Below, one piece after another: positions 27,123 to 41,984 of a stretch of DNA of 64,000 bases. Position numbers and translations under genes: made by a program. The DNA comes from Octopus sinensis. Lineage: Eukaryota. The stretch's first letter is position 1, and the number at the start of each line of letters is the position of its first letter. The DNA lies in contig NC_042998.1 in assembly GCF_006345805.1 (NCBI RefSeq), positions 21,142,001 through 21,206,000 on the forward strand. The letters run 5' to 3'. The notes beneath the pieces are model-generated. The model was not told where the DNA came from, ran no database searches, and saw only the letters and a list, made by a program, of their open reading frames with translations.

Positions 27123-27410
27123 ATATATAAACACATACACACACACATACAAACGTTTATATAAGGCAATCTTTATATTCTGCTTAATCAGGATGTTTTG
27201 TTAGAACGTCGAATACTGCGCATATAGCCTTCAGCGGAGCTCTACCATGACTGCATAGTACACAAAAGCATAGTACATAATTGACGATATTCATATGTCA
27301 TGGGCGTGTCGGAATTTCTATATCATGTGATTTCCATGTTGCCACGATATATAAGATATTTATATCTTTTCAGACATTCGTGTTTCATGACAGCAAAATA
27401 CTGCGTCATG

Positions 27411-27441
<31 letters not shown>

Positions 27442-27489
27442 GCGTGCGCACACTCTCACTTTCTTTCTCTGTCTTTCTCTCTCTCTGTC

Positions 27490-27527
<38 letters not shown>

Positions 27528-27599
27528 AGACACACACACGTCCGGCTTCATTCAGTGTCTGTCAACCAAATCCACTCACAAGTCTCTAGACTGCCCGAC

Positions 27600-27850
27600 G
27601 CATGGAGGCATGTGCGCTAATTAGATATTTCCTAATCCTGTCAAGTGTATGGCCGCTACCTCCTCTAGAGATGGCCAGGCCGTCATCTCTGTAGAGGCCG
27701 AAGGGGACGCAAGGGAACTTTTCCTTAAGAGTATCAAGGATATACAACCCGATGAGGTCGCATACATCAACGTTGTCGTAGGCCCCCATCGCTACATCTA
27801 AGGAGCCGACAGGATCGGAGTGCTTGACCTGGCGTGCAAAATGACTTCTA
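27600..27850 (-). mobile_element. Naiad-like Penelope RT fragment
   Basis: LDVAMGAYD..VCDLIGLYIL...GLYRDDGL motif. Confidence 0.75.
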
Positions 27851-28086
27851 TACATGTATGAATACATGTATAGCATTCCTTTTACCTGTTTCAGTCATTT
27901 GACTGCAGCCATGTTAGGGCACCGCCTTGAAGGGTTTTAATCAAATGAATTGACCACAGGACATGTTTTTTTTAAAAACCTGATTCTTATTCTATCGGTT
28001 ATTTTTTGCCGAACCGCTAAGTTGCGGGAACGTAGACACGTCAACACCAGCTTTCAAGCGGTGATGGAGGACAAACACAGACATAG

Positions 28087-29340
<1,254 letters not shown>

Positions 29341-29349
29341 TGCACTCAC

Positions 29350-29626
29350 ACGCTAAGTTACGGGGACGTAAACACACCAGCATCGGTTGTCAAGCGATGC
29401 TGGGGGGACAAACACAGATATACAAACATATACACAGATATACACATATACATACACATTTACGACGGGCTTCTTTCAGTTTCCATCTACCAAATCCACT
29501 CACAACTGTTTGGTCGACCCAAGGCTATAGTAGAAGACACTTGCCCAAGGTGCCATGCAGTGGGACTGAACCCTGAACCATGTGGTTGGTAAGCAAGCTA
29601 CTTACCACACAACCACTTCTGCGCCT
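29350..29626 (-). mobile_element. SINE family A, 5' part
   Basis: Homology to the other copies. Confidence 0.8.
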
Positions 29627-30682
29627 ATATATACATATATTCTTTTACTCGTTTCAGTAATTGGACTGCGGCCGTGTTGGGGCAACGCCTTGAAGAATTT
29701 TAGACGAATAAATCGACCACAGTAGTTTTATTTATTCATTTTTTAGCCTGGTACTTATTCTATCGATCTCTTTAGTCAAACCGCTAAGTTTCGGGGGGTA
29801 TAAACACACCAACACACCTGTTGTCAAGTGGTGGTGAGGGACGGACACACTGATATATCTTTCTACTCTAAGCACAAGGCCTGACATTTTTTGGGGGTGA
29901 GAGAGCCAGACGATTAGATCGACCCCAGTACGCAACTGGTACTTAATTTATCGACACCGAAAGGAGGAAAGGGAAAGTCGACCACGGTGGAATTTGAACT
30001 CAGAACGTAAATGCAGACGAAATACCGCTAAGCATTTTACCCGGCGTGCTAACGATTCTGCCTTAGCCTCTGCCTTTTCTGCCTTAGCCTCGGGCCGACC
30101 AAAGCCTTATGTGTGGATTTAGCCCGTCGTATATACACATATGTATGTGTTTGTGTCCGTGTTTGTTCCCCCACCATCGCTTGACAACCGATGTTGGTGT
30201 GTTTACGTCCCCGTTATCTTGCAGTTCGGCAAAAGAGACCGATAGAATAAATACAAAGAATAAGTCCTGGCGTCGATTTGCTAGACTAAAAGCGGTGCTC
30301 CAGCATTGCCAGTAAAATTACTGAAACAAGTACAACAAAAAAGACAGCCAATCTTTTATAACATCCTGTACTTATTATAATTAAAAAATGTAACGTGATC
30401 TGCTTTATATATTACGTTCTCCTTCGCTCCTCTTTTCAGCTACACGCTCACTCATACATACACACGCGCGTACGCTCACAGACATGTGAAGGGCTTCCTG
30501 GTCGGCCAGTGTTTATAGTAGGAGAAACTTGCCCAAGGTACCAAGCAACGGGACTACACTCGAAAACTCGGAAACGTAAAGCTAGTTTCATAACTACCAA
30601 CCGCTGTTGGCGCCTAAGAAGCGACGCCCACGTCTATGAGCATGCGTGTATATAATTACACAATCAATATAACTAGAGATTA

Positions 30683-31652
30683 AGGCGTCGAGTTGGCAGA
30701 AACGTCAGTACGCTGGGCGAAATGCTTAGCGGTGTTTCGTCTGTCTTCGTGTTCTGAGTTCAAATTCCGCCGAGGTCGACTTTGCCGTTCATCCTTTCGG
30801 GGTCGATTAAATAAGTATCAGTTAAGCACTGGAGTCGATGTAATCGACTTAATCCATTTGTCTGTCCTTGTTTGTCTCCTCTGTGTTTAGCCCCCTGTGT
30901 GTAGTAAAGAAATAGAAATAGGTATTTCGTCTGTCTTCGTGTTCTGGGTTCAAATTCCGCCGAGGTCGACTTTGCCTTTCATCCTTTCGGGATCGATAAA
31001 TTAAGTACCAGTTACGCACTGGGGTCGATGTAATCGACTTAATCCGTTTGTCTGTCCTTGTTTGTCCTCTCTGTGTTTAGCCCCTTATGGGTAGTAAAGA
31101 AATAGGTATTTCGTCTGTCTTCATGTTCTGAGTTCAAATTCCGCCGAGGTCGACTTTACCTTTCATCCTTTCGGGGTCGATTAAATAAGTACCAGTTACG
31201 CACTGGGTTCGATGTAATCGACTTAATCCGTTTGTCTGTCCTTGTTTGTCCTCACTGTGTTTAGCCCCTTGTGGGTAGTAAAGAAATAGGTATTTCGTCT
31301 GTCTTTATGTTCTGAGTTCAAATTCCGCCGAGGTCGACTTTGCCGTTCATCCTTTCGGGGTCGATTAAATAAGTACCAGTTAAGCACTGGAGTCGATATA
31401 ATCGACTTAATCCATTTGTCTGTTCTTGTTTGTCCTCTCTGTGTTTAGCCCCTTGTGGGTAGTAAAGAAATATGTATTTCGTCTGTCTTTATGTTCTGAG
31501 TTCAAATTCTGCGGAGGTCGATTTTACTTTTCATCCTTTCGGAGTCGATAAACTAAGTATCAGTTGCGTACTGGGGTTGATCTAATCGACAAGACCCCCT
31601 CCGCCAAAATTTTAGGCCTTGTGCATAAAGTAGAAAAAAAATGTAGGAAAGG
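30683..31652 (+). mobile_element. Nin-SINE with five tandem ~184-bp body units, flanked by a 16-bp TSD
   Basis: Units at 30735, 30925, 31109, 31293 and 31477; TSD ATATAACTAGAGATTA at 30667-30682 and 31653-31668. Confidence 0.88.
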
Positions 31653-31920
31653 ATATAACTAGAGATTAGATATGAAATACAACTTAACGGCAACAACAAT
31701 CCAATTTAACATCCACTATATATGTAGCACAACACTGAAATAAGAGTAACAGCTTGAGAACTGAAAGTGATACATCTCTCGCTCTCTTAACGCTCTCTTA
31801 ACGCACATATACATCGACATATCGGTGAGTGCCCCAGCACGCCCACGCTCATTTCAATATTCCTCTCACTCACAATCTCTTTTTCGTTCTCTCTCGTCCT
31901 GTCTTACCCACTTTCTCCCG

Positions 31921-31957
<37 letters not shown>

Positions 31958-31978
31958 CTATCTCTCTCTCTCTCCCTA

Positions 31979-32013
<35 letters not shown>

Positions 32014-32164
32014 GTGGAGAATGGCGATTTGACGTCTATATCTAGCATGTTGACTGTCTACTTTTCGTGTTCAGTCCTTAATTGGTATATATAAATATTT
32101 TAATCTTCGGATTCTTTTTAATATGCTAGACCACTGGTCTTAATTGACTAATATCAATTTCTCC

Positions 32165-32255
<91 letters not shown>

Positions 32256-32256
<1 letters not shown>

Positions 32257-32442
32257 ATATGTAAAAATACAAACTGGGACAAGAACGCAAAACATTTAGA
32301 AGACGATACAAAAAACACGGACGGGACATTCGAAGCCTTCAATCTACAGTCAAGAACCGGATCATCCTCGCAATTTCGTGTTTTTTGTATCGTCTTCTAA
32401 ATGTTTTGTGTCTTGTCCCAATTTGTATTTTTTTTACATATA
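32256..32442. repeat. Inverted repeat (~65-bp arms) within (TA)n
   Basis: 32256-32319 versus 32377-32442. Confidence 0.8.
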
Positions 32443-32491
32443 CACATATATATATAGCGGCGCCCGTACCCTTTTTGGTCTTATATGTAAG

Positions 32492-32524
<33 letters not shown>

Positions 32525-32556
32525 ATATATATATAATAAATATGTATGTATGTATA

Positions 32557-32648
<92 letters not shown>

Positions 32649-32662
32649 TATACATACATACA

Positions 32663-32703
<41 letters not shown>

Positions 32704-33271
32704 TATATGTTATATGATTGAACGCCACGCATCCTCTTCCAAGTAAGTCTTATTTTAAGAATTCTGATGCGCACTCTATATGATCTTTTTACTCTTTCGT
32801 TTACCTGTCTTTCTCTCTTTTATTCTTTTACCTCATCTTCTCCCACTAACCTATCCTATTCCTCTGTCACTCTCTCTCCCTCACTCCTCCCCCTTTGCCC
32901 GCGTGGCTCCCATGTGACCATCGGCCATCTTTCTTTCTTCTAACTTGTGTTTCTTTCTTTCTCTCCGTTGTCTGCCCTGTTCAAGCTTGATTTACGCGTT
33001 CGCCACCACAACCACGTTAGGCTTAGCAGCCCTTCCTCTTTGTTTTCATTGTCCTGTTTTGACCCTCTGAAAAATCCCAAATTTTATTTAATTTGCATTG
33101 CGGGAGCAACTGTTTTATCGAAAGCGTATATTGTTGTTAAATGCTCAAAATACGAGAGTAGAAAACAGTCACAAATGATGAAAGGTCGTTCTTTATGTTG
33201 TTTGTCTTGTTTTCCCTTTATGTCTGAAATAGTTCATCTTCCATGTATAGGTGTATATCTATATATATATA

Positions 33272-34280
33272 TTAGTTTCAGCTCAAAGCGGTGGCCATGC
33301 TGGTGTACCACCGCTTTGCTACACTGTTATTATTGAGAGCCTCCTCTAAAATGTGGCATTTGGTGAATAAGGGAGCTTGATGTCGCTACCCTCACTTGCA
33401 CCTCTTACTGCGAAGTAGGTTCATCTGGGACTCTCAACAGGAAGAGGTCCAGTTTTGATTTGAAAACACCTACTTCCACTTTTTGTAGGTCCTTCAGGCT
33501 CTTTGAGAGAATATTAAAACCCAGACTGTTGCAGTAACTGGTCCTGAAGCGCGGTGGTATTGCTGGGATCTTTGGCACTGTGCAGTGGCGACCCGTTCTG
33601 GAATTTGTGTAGCATTCAATACCAAAATATGGCACAATTCCTTCCAGGATCTACCAGATGTATATGACTGCATACCTCTCCCGCCTTCGCTCCAGGTGCA
33701 GATTCTTAGCTGCTTTAGCTTTTCCTAGTAGCTGAGCTGTTTTAATGAGACGATTTTCTTTGTGAAGCTTCGCTGGATTGCTTCAAAGTCTGCTGTTAAT
33801 TTTAGACCGTTGGGTAACCATAGCTGGGAACAGTAATACAGGCGGCTGGGGACGAATGTCCTCCAGAGGACCATCATGGTTTCCTTGTCTCTGATTCTGA
33901 ACGCTCTCAGGATCCATCCAGCCAGTCATCTGCACTTTGTTGCCACACGCACATACATACTCTATTATATCATCACTCATGGCGATACCCAGGTCCCTCA
34001 ACGATTTAGGCTCTGGGATTGTAATCCTCTGTGGACCAGTGTATCTTGTAAGTTTCATATTCAGTTTTGACGCTGGTAGCGCAGGGCTTGGAATTTTTCA
34101 GCATTAAACTGCATATTATTATCCTCAGCCATCTGTAAATTGGGTCCAACTCCTGCTGCAGGTGTGCAACATCTCTGGGGTTCTGCATTTTCTGCGAGAC
34201 TTTCGTATCGTCTGCGTAGCTAGCAAGGGCGGCTACTCGGGCAGATGAGGGCATATCTGAGAAGGCCACTATGAAAAGCA
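33272..34280 (-). mobile_element. CR1-type LINE 3' fragment
   Basis: LLFIVAFSDMP..YADDTK, RDLGIAMSDD, RRERYAVIYIW, FKSKLDLFL..VPDEPT. Confidence 0.85.
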
Positions 34281-35289
34281 AACCAACCCCACCTTCCCTA
34301 TCCATCCCACTCCACCCCATCCTTTACACCAACTCCCACATACCCCACCTCTACTCTTACCCTCAGCCTAACCCACAATCCACCCTTGCTTTCCCCACTC
34401 TCGCCTCCCCCACCTCCCAACACCATCACACCACACACCACTATACCATACCACACAGCAACACATCACATCACACCACCTCGAACACACTAGCACTGAC
34501 CACTTCCCAGCCCCACATCCGCACATCTACACATACACACACGCACACGTCAAGGTCACCAACCCTCTTCCACACGCACATACATACTCTATTATACACA
34601 CGCACGTGCACCTCCGTCTTGGGATCACCACTACTTTATTATCTTCCCTTCTTCCTAGCTCTCCTGTGTGACTCCTCTATCCGGCATTCGCCATGACAGA
34701 TCGCTAGCCACTGAGAAGAATACTTTTAACAAAAAGAAAAAATAAATAAATATAGCCTTGTAGTTGTCTCCTGGCAACCAACATTTTTAGACCCATTCCG
34801 CCACTATATGTATGTATGTGTGTACGCGTGCATGTCTGTGTTTGTGTGTATGTATGTATGTGCGTAAGTATATACGTGTACGTATGCATTTATGAATGTA
34901 CGTATGTATGTGTGGATGCATGTGTGTATGTATATATCTATGTATGTATGCTTGTATAAACGTATGGCAGGCAACTACGGCAGCATAATTTTGGCGTTAA
35001 GGACGTTATCAGTAAATAGGATAGCCATTCAATAACTTAGCATTTCGCTCAGAATGTAAACGATTCTGCCAAAACAAAGGCACTCCCTTATCGATCAAAA
35101 TTATGGAAATTCACAAGCAAAACGTAATAACCCACTTTCTCTCGCTCCTTCTCTCTCTCACCCTCTGTCTGTCTGTCTCTGTCTCTCTGTCTCCATCCCT
35201 CTCTCTCTCTTTCTCATCCTCTCTCTGTCTCTGTCTCTCTCTCTCTGCATATATAACTACTACATATGTGGGACATTCTGTCTGTGGGT

Positions 35290-35480
35290 GTGTTTGTTTG
35301 CGGAGTTGTCAGCTAACTCCTCCTCCAAGACTGCACATGGAGACAACATGATCAATGGTTTCATTTTGTTGTTGACATAAACGGCATGTTGGGAAGCTGC
35401 CGTTCTTTAATATGTTGGCCTGGTAGTTACTTGTTGGTAGGTATTGATCTTGGGCTGCTCTGATAAACCTTTCTGTTTCT
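35290..35480 (-). mobile_element. Dong/R4 fragment
   Basis: AAQDQ..CRLC..ETIDHVVSMC. Confidence 0.7.
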
Positions 35481-35496
35481 ATTATTATTATTATCA

Positions 35497-36171
<675 letters not shown>

Positions 36172-36370
36172 GACGAAGAGCGTGATTCGATTGTAAGGTA
36201 TTTTATTAGTTGAACGATATTTCAACGGTACGTCTGTCTTTTTCAGACAAAGACAGACGTACTGCTGAAATATTTGACTGTTTACCTTTCTGAAGAGTTC
36301 GTCAATCCTTTTAAAAATATATTATTATTATTATTATTATTATTATATTATTATTATTGTTATTATATCA

Positions 36371-36402
<32 letters not shown>

Positions 36403-36474
36403 TTATTATTCTTATTATTATTATTATTTTATCATTATTATTATTATTATTATTATTAATCATTATTACTTTTT

Positions 36475-37425
36475 TTTCTTCTTTCAAATTTTCTTCCATT
36501 TCTTCCGAGTCTTCCCGACTCCTAGGGCAAAGAAACTCATAGTGTTATTGGTGAAACCAAACTCAGTAGTTCGTTAATTTTTTTTTTTTTTTTTTTAAGT
36601 TAAATTAAAATACATGAGCAGCAACAGTTCTCACATCGACAATGCTCTTCTCAATACGTGTGATGTACCAGTTAAGACATCTTTTGCACTTCTTGCAGGG
36701 ATGGTAAGCCAGGGATCATTCTCATATAATTTTCGGTTCCCTTCTTGATCATTCCTAGTTCCTACGATCACTGGTATTGTAACCGCCTTGAGATGCCACA
36801 TTTTCTCAATTTCAATGAGTAGGCCTTTATATTTTCTGAGCTTGTCAAACTCTTTCGCTGAGATATTATGATCACAGGGGATGCTCATGTCGATCAATAA
36901 GCAAACTTTATTGTTTGGTCTTCACAACAATATCTGGTTTATTGGCCTTGATGGTTCGGTCTGTATGTACTGGAAAGTCCCACAGAATGGTTACAGTGTT
37001 CCTTCAGTTACAGCCTCAGGGTGGTGATTATACCACTTGTCGGCAGTTTGATATTGTAATGCCGACTTATTAGCCAGTGGAGATATTGGCCAAACTGTCA
37101 TGTCTTAATTTATACTCAATGGTGCTAAAACTTTACATCCAGAGATTAGGTGGTCCACTGTTTCAATCATGTCGTGCAGAAGAATCGGCCATTTTGGGTC
37201 TGCTCCATTTTCATCACATTGGCCTGGTAGTTCCGGGTTAATAGGCTTTGGTCTTGAGCAGCCAGGATGAAACCTTCGCTCTCTGCTTTTAGCCCTGAGC
37301 TCCGCAGCCACTGATGGGTTTGCTTCTGGTCAACATCAGCTGTTTGCTGCGGGTCACATATTTGCCGTGCAGAGGTTCTCCTCCACCTATCAGCCAATTG
37401 CTCGTACGCTTTTTTCATTGCCATC
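36475..37425 (-). mobile_element. Dong/R4 3' fragment (same family as 1948-3245)
   Basis: THQWLRSSGLKAESEGFILAAQDQ, LIDMSIP, EIEKMWHLK; shared 3' tail. Confidence 0.85.
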
Positions 37426-37460
37426 ATTATATTATTATTATTATATTATTATTATTATTA

Positions 37461-38001
37461 TTGAGTGAGGAGCAGTGCATGCCATCAAAGTGACACTGGT
37501 GGTAAAATATACGAAGCCCAATATACCCCATCATGACTACCCGTCTGATAAAGGTACACCAGGCACATGCATCACAACCATATGTGCGTGACATGGTGAT
37601 CTCATATCAAGATAAACAGCACATGACCTTGCAGTGGGGCCCAGTTAGAATTTTCTTCAGATTGAGTAGCCCATCCCGCTCAAACGGTCCCTGAATAAGG
37701 GTTGTTTAAGGATGTTGAAAGAACCACCCATGTTTCCAGAGGTGAACTATTCAAACCCCAAAGAATCCCTCTCAACACATGGCTATGATGCTCCCCCACT
37801 ACTTCTGCTCGTGATCAGAGATGCACATATTGTCAGCCACTAAGGGACATGCTCAACTGGTTAAGGTCAAACAACTGACAAGCAAATCTGTGGTGTGAGC
37901 AGAATATTTGCTGTAGCCCATCTTTTATACCAAGACAAACAATGTACATGATAACACTTCCAATCAGTTAAGATCAGAAGCCATGAGAGCCACTGCCTGG
38001 T
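37461..38001 (-). repeat. Family X copy
   Basis: Reverse-complement homology. Confidence 0.85.
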
Positions 38002-38089
38002 AATTATTATTATTATTATCATCATTATTATTCTTATTATATTATTTTATTATTATTATATTATTATCATCATTATTAAATCATCATTA

Positions 38090-38127
<38 letters not shown>

Positions 38128-38383
38128 CATATTATTAATTATTATTATTATTAATTATATTATAGTATTATTGCGTTAGAGTTAACAAATGCTGATTTTA
38201 TAGTTTTAACTTTTAAAAGACCTAAAAAGAGCTGATTTAAGAGTTTTGACCCTTTTAGAGCTAGAGAACGGTAAAAAAAAACCCACTCAAATGAAACACA
38301 ATATTAGTATTAAACTGGAAAAGTTTATTGATAAAGTGGTTGTAAAAAAAATTAAAATTAAAAACAATTAAAACCATAATTTC

Positions 38384-38790
38384 TCAGCATTTCTCAGCAA
38401 GTTCTTGGAGTTGGTCTCCAACCAGGTCTTGACCAAATTCTGGGCCTTGTCCTTGAGTGGCCTGTGGCGCCTGCCGGGTGACACAACTAAGGAATTTATC
38501 TTCCTCTTCGTTGTTGCTCACTTCGTCAGACTGCTGCCTCGTGACCTCCTCGACTTTACTCGCCATGCTTTTCTTCACCTTGGCGACCTTGGTGTTATAC
38601 TTTCCCAACCAGATGAGGCGAAACTTGGAGTGGAAGACAGCAGCCAGCTGGCATTCCTCATCCTTCTGGAGGGTCCTAAACCTTTTGTCGATGCCTGCCA
38701 AAAGTGCGTACACCAACGGGCTGCAGTAGACGAGCCTAAAAATTGTCGCAGCTACTGTTGGCGGCAGAGTCCCAAGCAAGTTTGTTCCTT
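38384..38790 (-). mobile_element. hAT-like transposase C-terminal remnant
   Basis: LLAGIDKRF...LAAVFHSKFRLIWL resembles the hAT A-x-x-L-x-P-R-F-K region. Confidence 0.5.
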
Positions 38791-38814
38791 CCCCTGAATT
38801 TACAATATAATACT

Positions 38815-39298
38815 ATCATGTAGATTGTTTTGTCTTGGTATAAAAGATGGGCTAACAGCAAATATTCTGCTCAATACCACAGATTTGCTTGTCAGTTGTT
38901 TGACCTTAACCAGTTGAGCATGTCCCTTAGTGGCTGACGATATGTGCATCTCTGATCATGAGCAGAAGTAGTGGGGGAGCATCAAAGCCATGTGTTGAGA
39001 GGAATTCTTTGGGGTTCGAATAATTCACCCGTGGAAACATGAGTGCTTCGTACAATATCCTAAAATAAACCCTTATTCAGGGACCTTTTGATCAGAATGG
39101 GCTACTCGACCTGAAAAAATTCTAACTGGGCCCCACCTGCAAGGTCATGTGCTGTTTATCTTGATATGAAATCATGTCGCGCACATATGGTTGTGATGCA
39201 TGTGACTGGTGTACCCTTATCAGACACGTAATCACGATGGGTATATTCGGCTTTGAATATTTTACCCCAGTGTCACTTTGATGGCATGCACTGCTCTC
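38815..39298 (+). repeat. Family X copy (5'-truncated)
   Basis: Homology to the other copies. Confidence 0.8.
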
Positions 39299-39507
39299 AG
39301 ACACATACACATATATATATATGACGGGATTCTTTCAGTTTCCGTCTACCAAATCCACTCACAAGGCATTGGTCGGCCCGGGGCTATAGCAGAAGACACT
39401 TGCCCAAGATGCCACGCAGCGGGACTGTACCCGGAACCATGTGGTTGGTAAGCAAGCTACTTACCACACAGCCACTCCTGCGCTATATATATATATATAT
39501 ATATATA

Positions 39508-39557
<50 letters not shown>

Positions 39558-39567
39558 ATATAACGAC

Positions 39568-40499
39568 TATACTAAATACACTGACGAACAGAAAACAGAA
39601 GTTCACAAAAATCCTCTTCAGTTATCGACCAGAAGGTCAAGCGCAATTTCGGCCATTATCGATAATAGTGCTTCCACTCTGGAGGCACCGGCAAGAAACT
39701 TGCCGGGAATGGGGCCAAAACATAAGAAAGCGAAATATTATTTATGTAACGCAAGCACTCATTAATTATTTTTTTACCTATTTGTAGAAACATTCTTGGA
39801 ATATTTTTGTGCCTTTCTCTCTGTCTCTCTCTCTCTGTCTCTCTCTGTTATCCTTTCCCCGTGATCACGTGATCCGTGACGGCCTAACGCTGTGTCATTT
39901 TTCGCATCGCCTTCGATCGGACCGGTCACGAATTTCTGACCTCCTTGCTTCTCTTAGTTTTATTTCTCTCCCTCTCTCTCCCCATCTCTCTCTTTTGCTG
40001 TTTGGCTTTCTCTGCTACCCTCCTCTCACTATCACGTGATCCGTGACGGCCTAAGGCGGTATCATTCTTTTTCGCATGGTTTTCAGCAGCACTGGTCACG
40101 AATTTCTGAGCTCCTCGCTCTACCCCACCCCGGCTCTATAGTCCTTCAGAACACATTTTCATTTCTCCTTCGCGTTATCCATTTCTGTGTTGCCTTGCAG
40201 CCTAAAGGCCTATTTCCCCCTGTACATGTATTATTATCATTTTAAATGTTGTCTTCGTGTGACCATAAGCCTTTATTCTGTTTATTGTCTTGTCCATTAT
40301 CCGTTTACTAACGGTCTCGTCTCGAGCCCGTCCCGTTTTGTCATGTTTTGATCCCATTCCGGCAACTTTTTTTGCCGGTGCCTCCACATTGGAAGAAATA
40401 TTATCGATACTGGCCGAAATTGCACTTGACCCTCTGGCCGATAATTGAAGAGGTGTTGGTGACTCCATGTGTTTTCCTTTCGTCTGTGTATTTAGTATA
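39568..40499. repeat. Diverged inverted pair (~155-bp arms), Penelope pLTR-like, in (TA)n
   Basis: 39568-39724 versus 40341-40499. Confidence 0.6.
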
Positions 40500-40681
40500 T
40501 GTTTGTATGTTTATTTAGTACACGTTTTTAAAAATTATATATATATATATATATATTTATTTATATGTATGTCATATTTTCCGCTTATTGTCTTTTTATT
40601 AATCCAGAAAAATATTTATGTATATATATTATATATTAATATTATAGATATACTATATATATATATATATCTATACATAAA

Positions 40682-40741
<60 letters not shown>

Positions 40742-40757
40742 TTATATAATATATATG

Positions 40758-40800
<43 letters not shown>

Positions 40801-40805
40801 TACAT

Positions 40806-40848
<43 letters not shown>

Positions 40849-40966
40849 GAGGGGCTTCTCCTCAATTTCCGTCCACCAAGTCCACTCACAGGGTTGTGTA
40901 CTTAACCAAGGCTGAATGTGTCACGCAGTGGGATAAACCAGGGACCATGTGGTTGGAAAACAAGCT

Positions 40967-41016
<50 letters not shown>

Positions 41017-41123
41017 CACGTGACCGACCAGACCATCAGATGTTGCTACACATCGCTGGTCACAATACGTTCGCATTGTCTTTAGCCTTCGAATGACGCC
41101 ACCCCGCTGGCTAAGCGAGCAGG

Positions 41124-41162
<39 letters not shown>

Positions 41163-41557
41163 GTATCCTTTAATTTAGTCAGTCCGGAGACTGCAGCCGT
41201 GCTGGGGCGTCACCTAGAAGAAAATTTAGTCCAATGAATCGACACCAGGAGTTTATTTTTAAAGTCTGGAACTTATTCTATCGTCCGTCATGTGGCGAAC
41301 TCCTAATTTATGCGAATCTAAACAAACCAAAACCGGTTGTCAAACACATCCACAAAGACGCACGCGCACGTGCGCTCGCGAGAACACACGCACACATATA
41401 TACAGGACGGGCTTCCTTCAGTTTCCGTCTACTAATTCCACTCACAAGGCTTTGGTTGGCCCAGGGGTATAGTAAAAGACAATAATTCAAGGTACCACAC
41501 AGTGAACAATGTTGTTAGGAACCTCTTACACACACACATATATATATGTATATATGT

Positions 41558-41589
<32 letters not shown>

Positions 41590-41884
41590 ATATATATCTA
41601 TATATATATATATATATATATAATGTGTGTGTGTGTGTGTGTGTGTGTCATGGCACTCCGTCGCTTTCGACGAGGAGGGTTCCAGTTGTTCCGATCAACG
41701 GAACAGCCTGCTCGTGAAATTAACTTGCAAGTGGCTGAGCACTTGTGACTAGGGCGGTACAACAGGTACAACAGAAACAGGAAGAAAGACAGAGAAAGTT
41801 GTGGTGAAAGAGTACAGCAGGGTTCGCCAGAACCTCGTGGAGCTTTAGGTGTGTTCGCTCAATAAACACTCACAATGCCCCATT

Positions 41885-41984
41885 NNNNNNNNNNNNNNNN
41901 NNNNNNNNNNNNNNNNNNNNNNNNNNNNNNNNNNNNNNNNNNNNNNNNNNNNNNNNNNNNNNNNNNNNNNNNNNNNNNNNNNNN
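41885..41984. other. Assembly gap (100 N, true size unknown)
   Basis: Direct reading. Confidence 1.
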
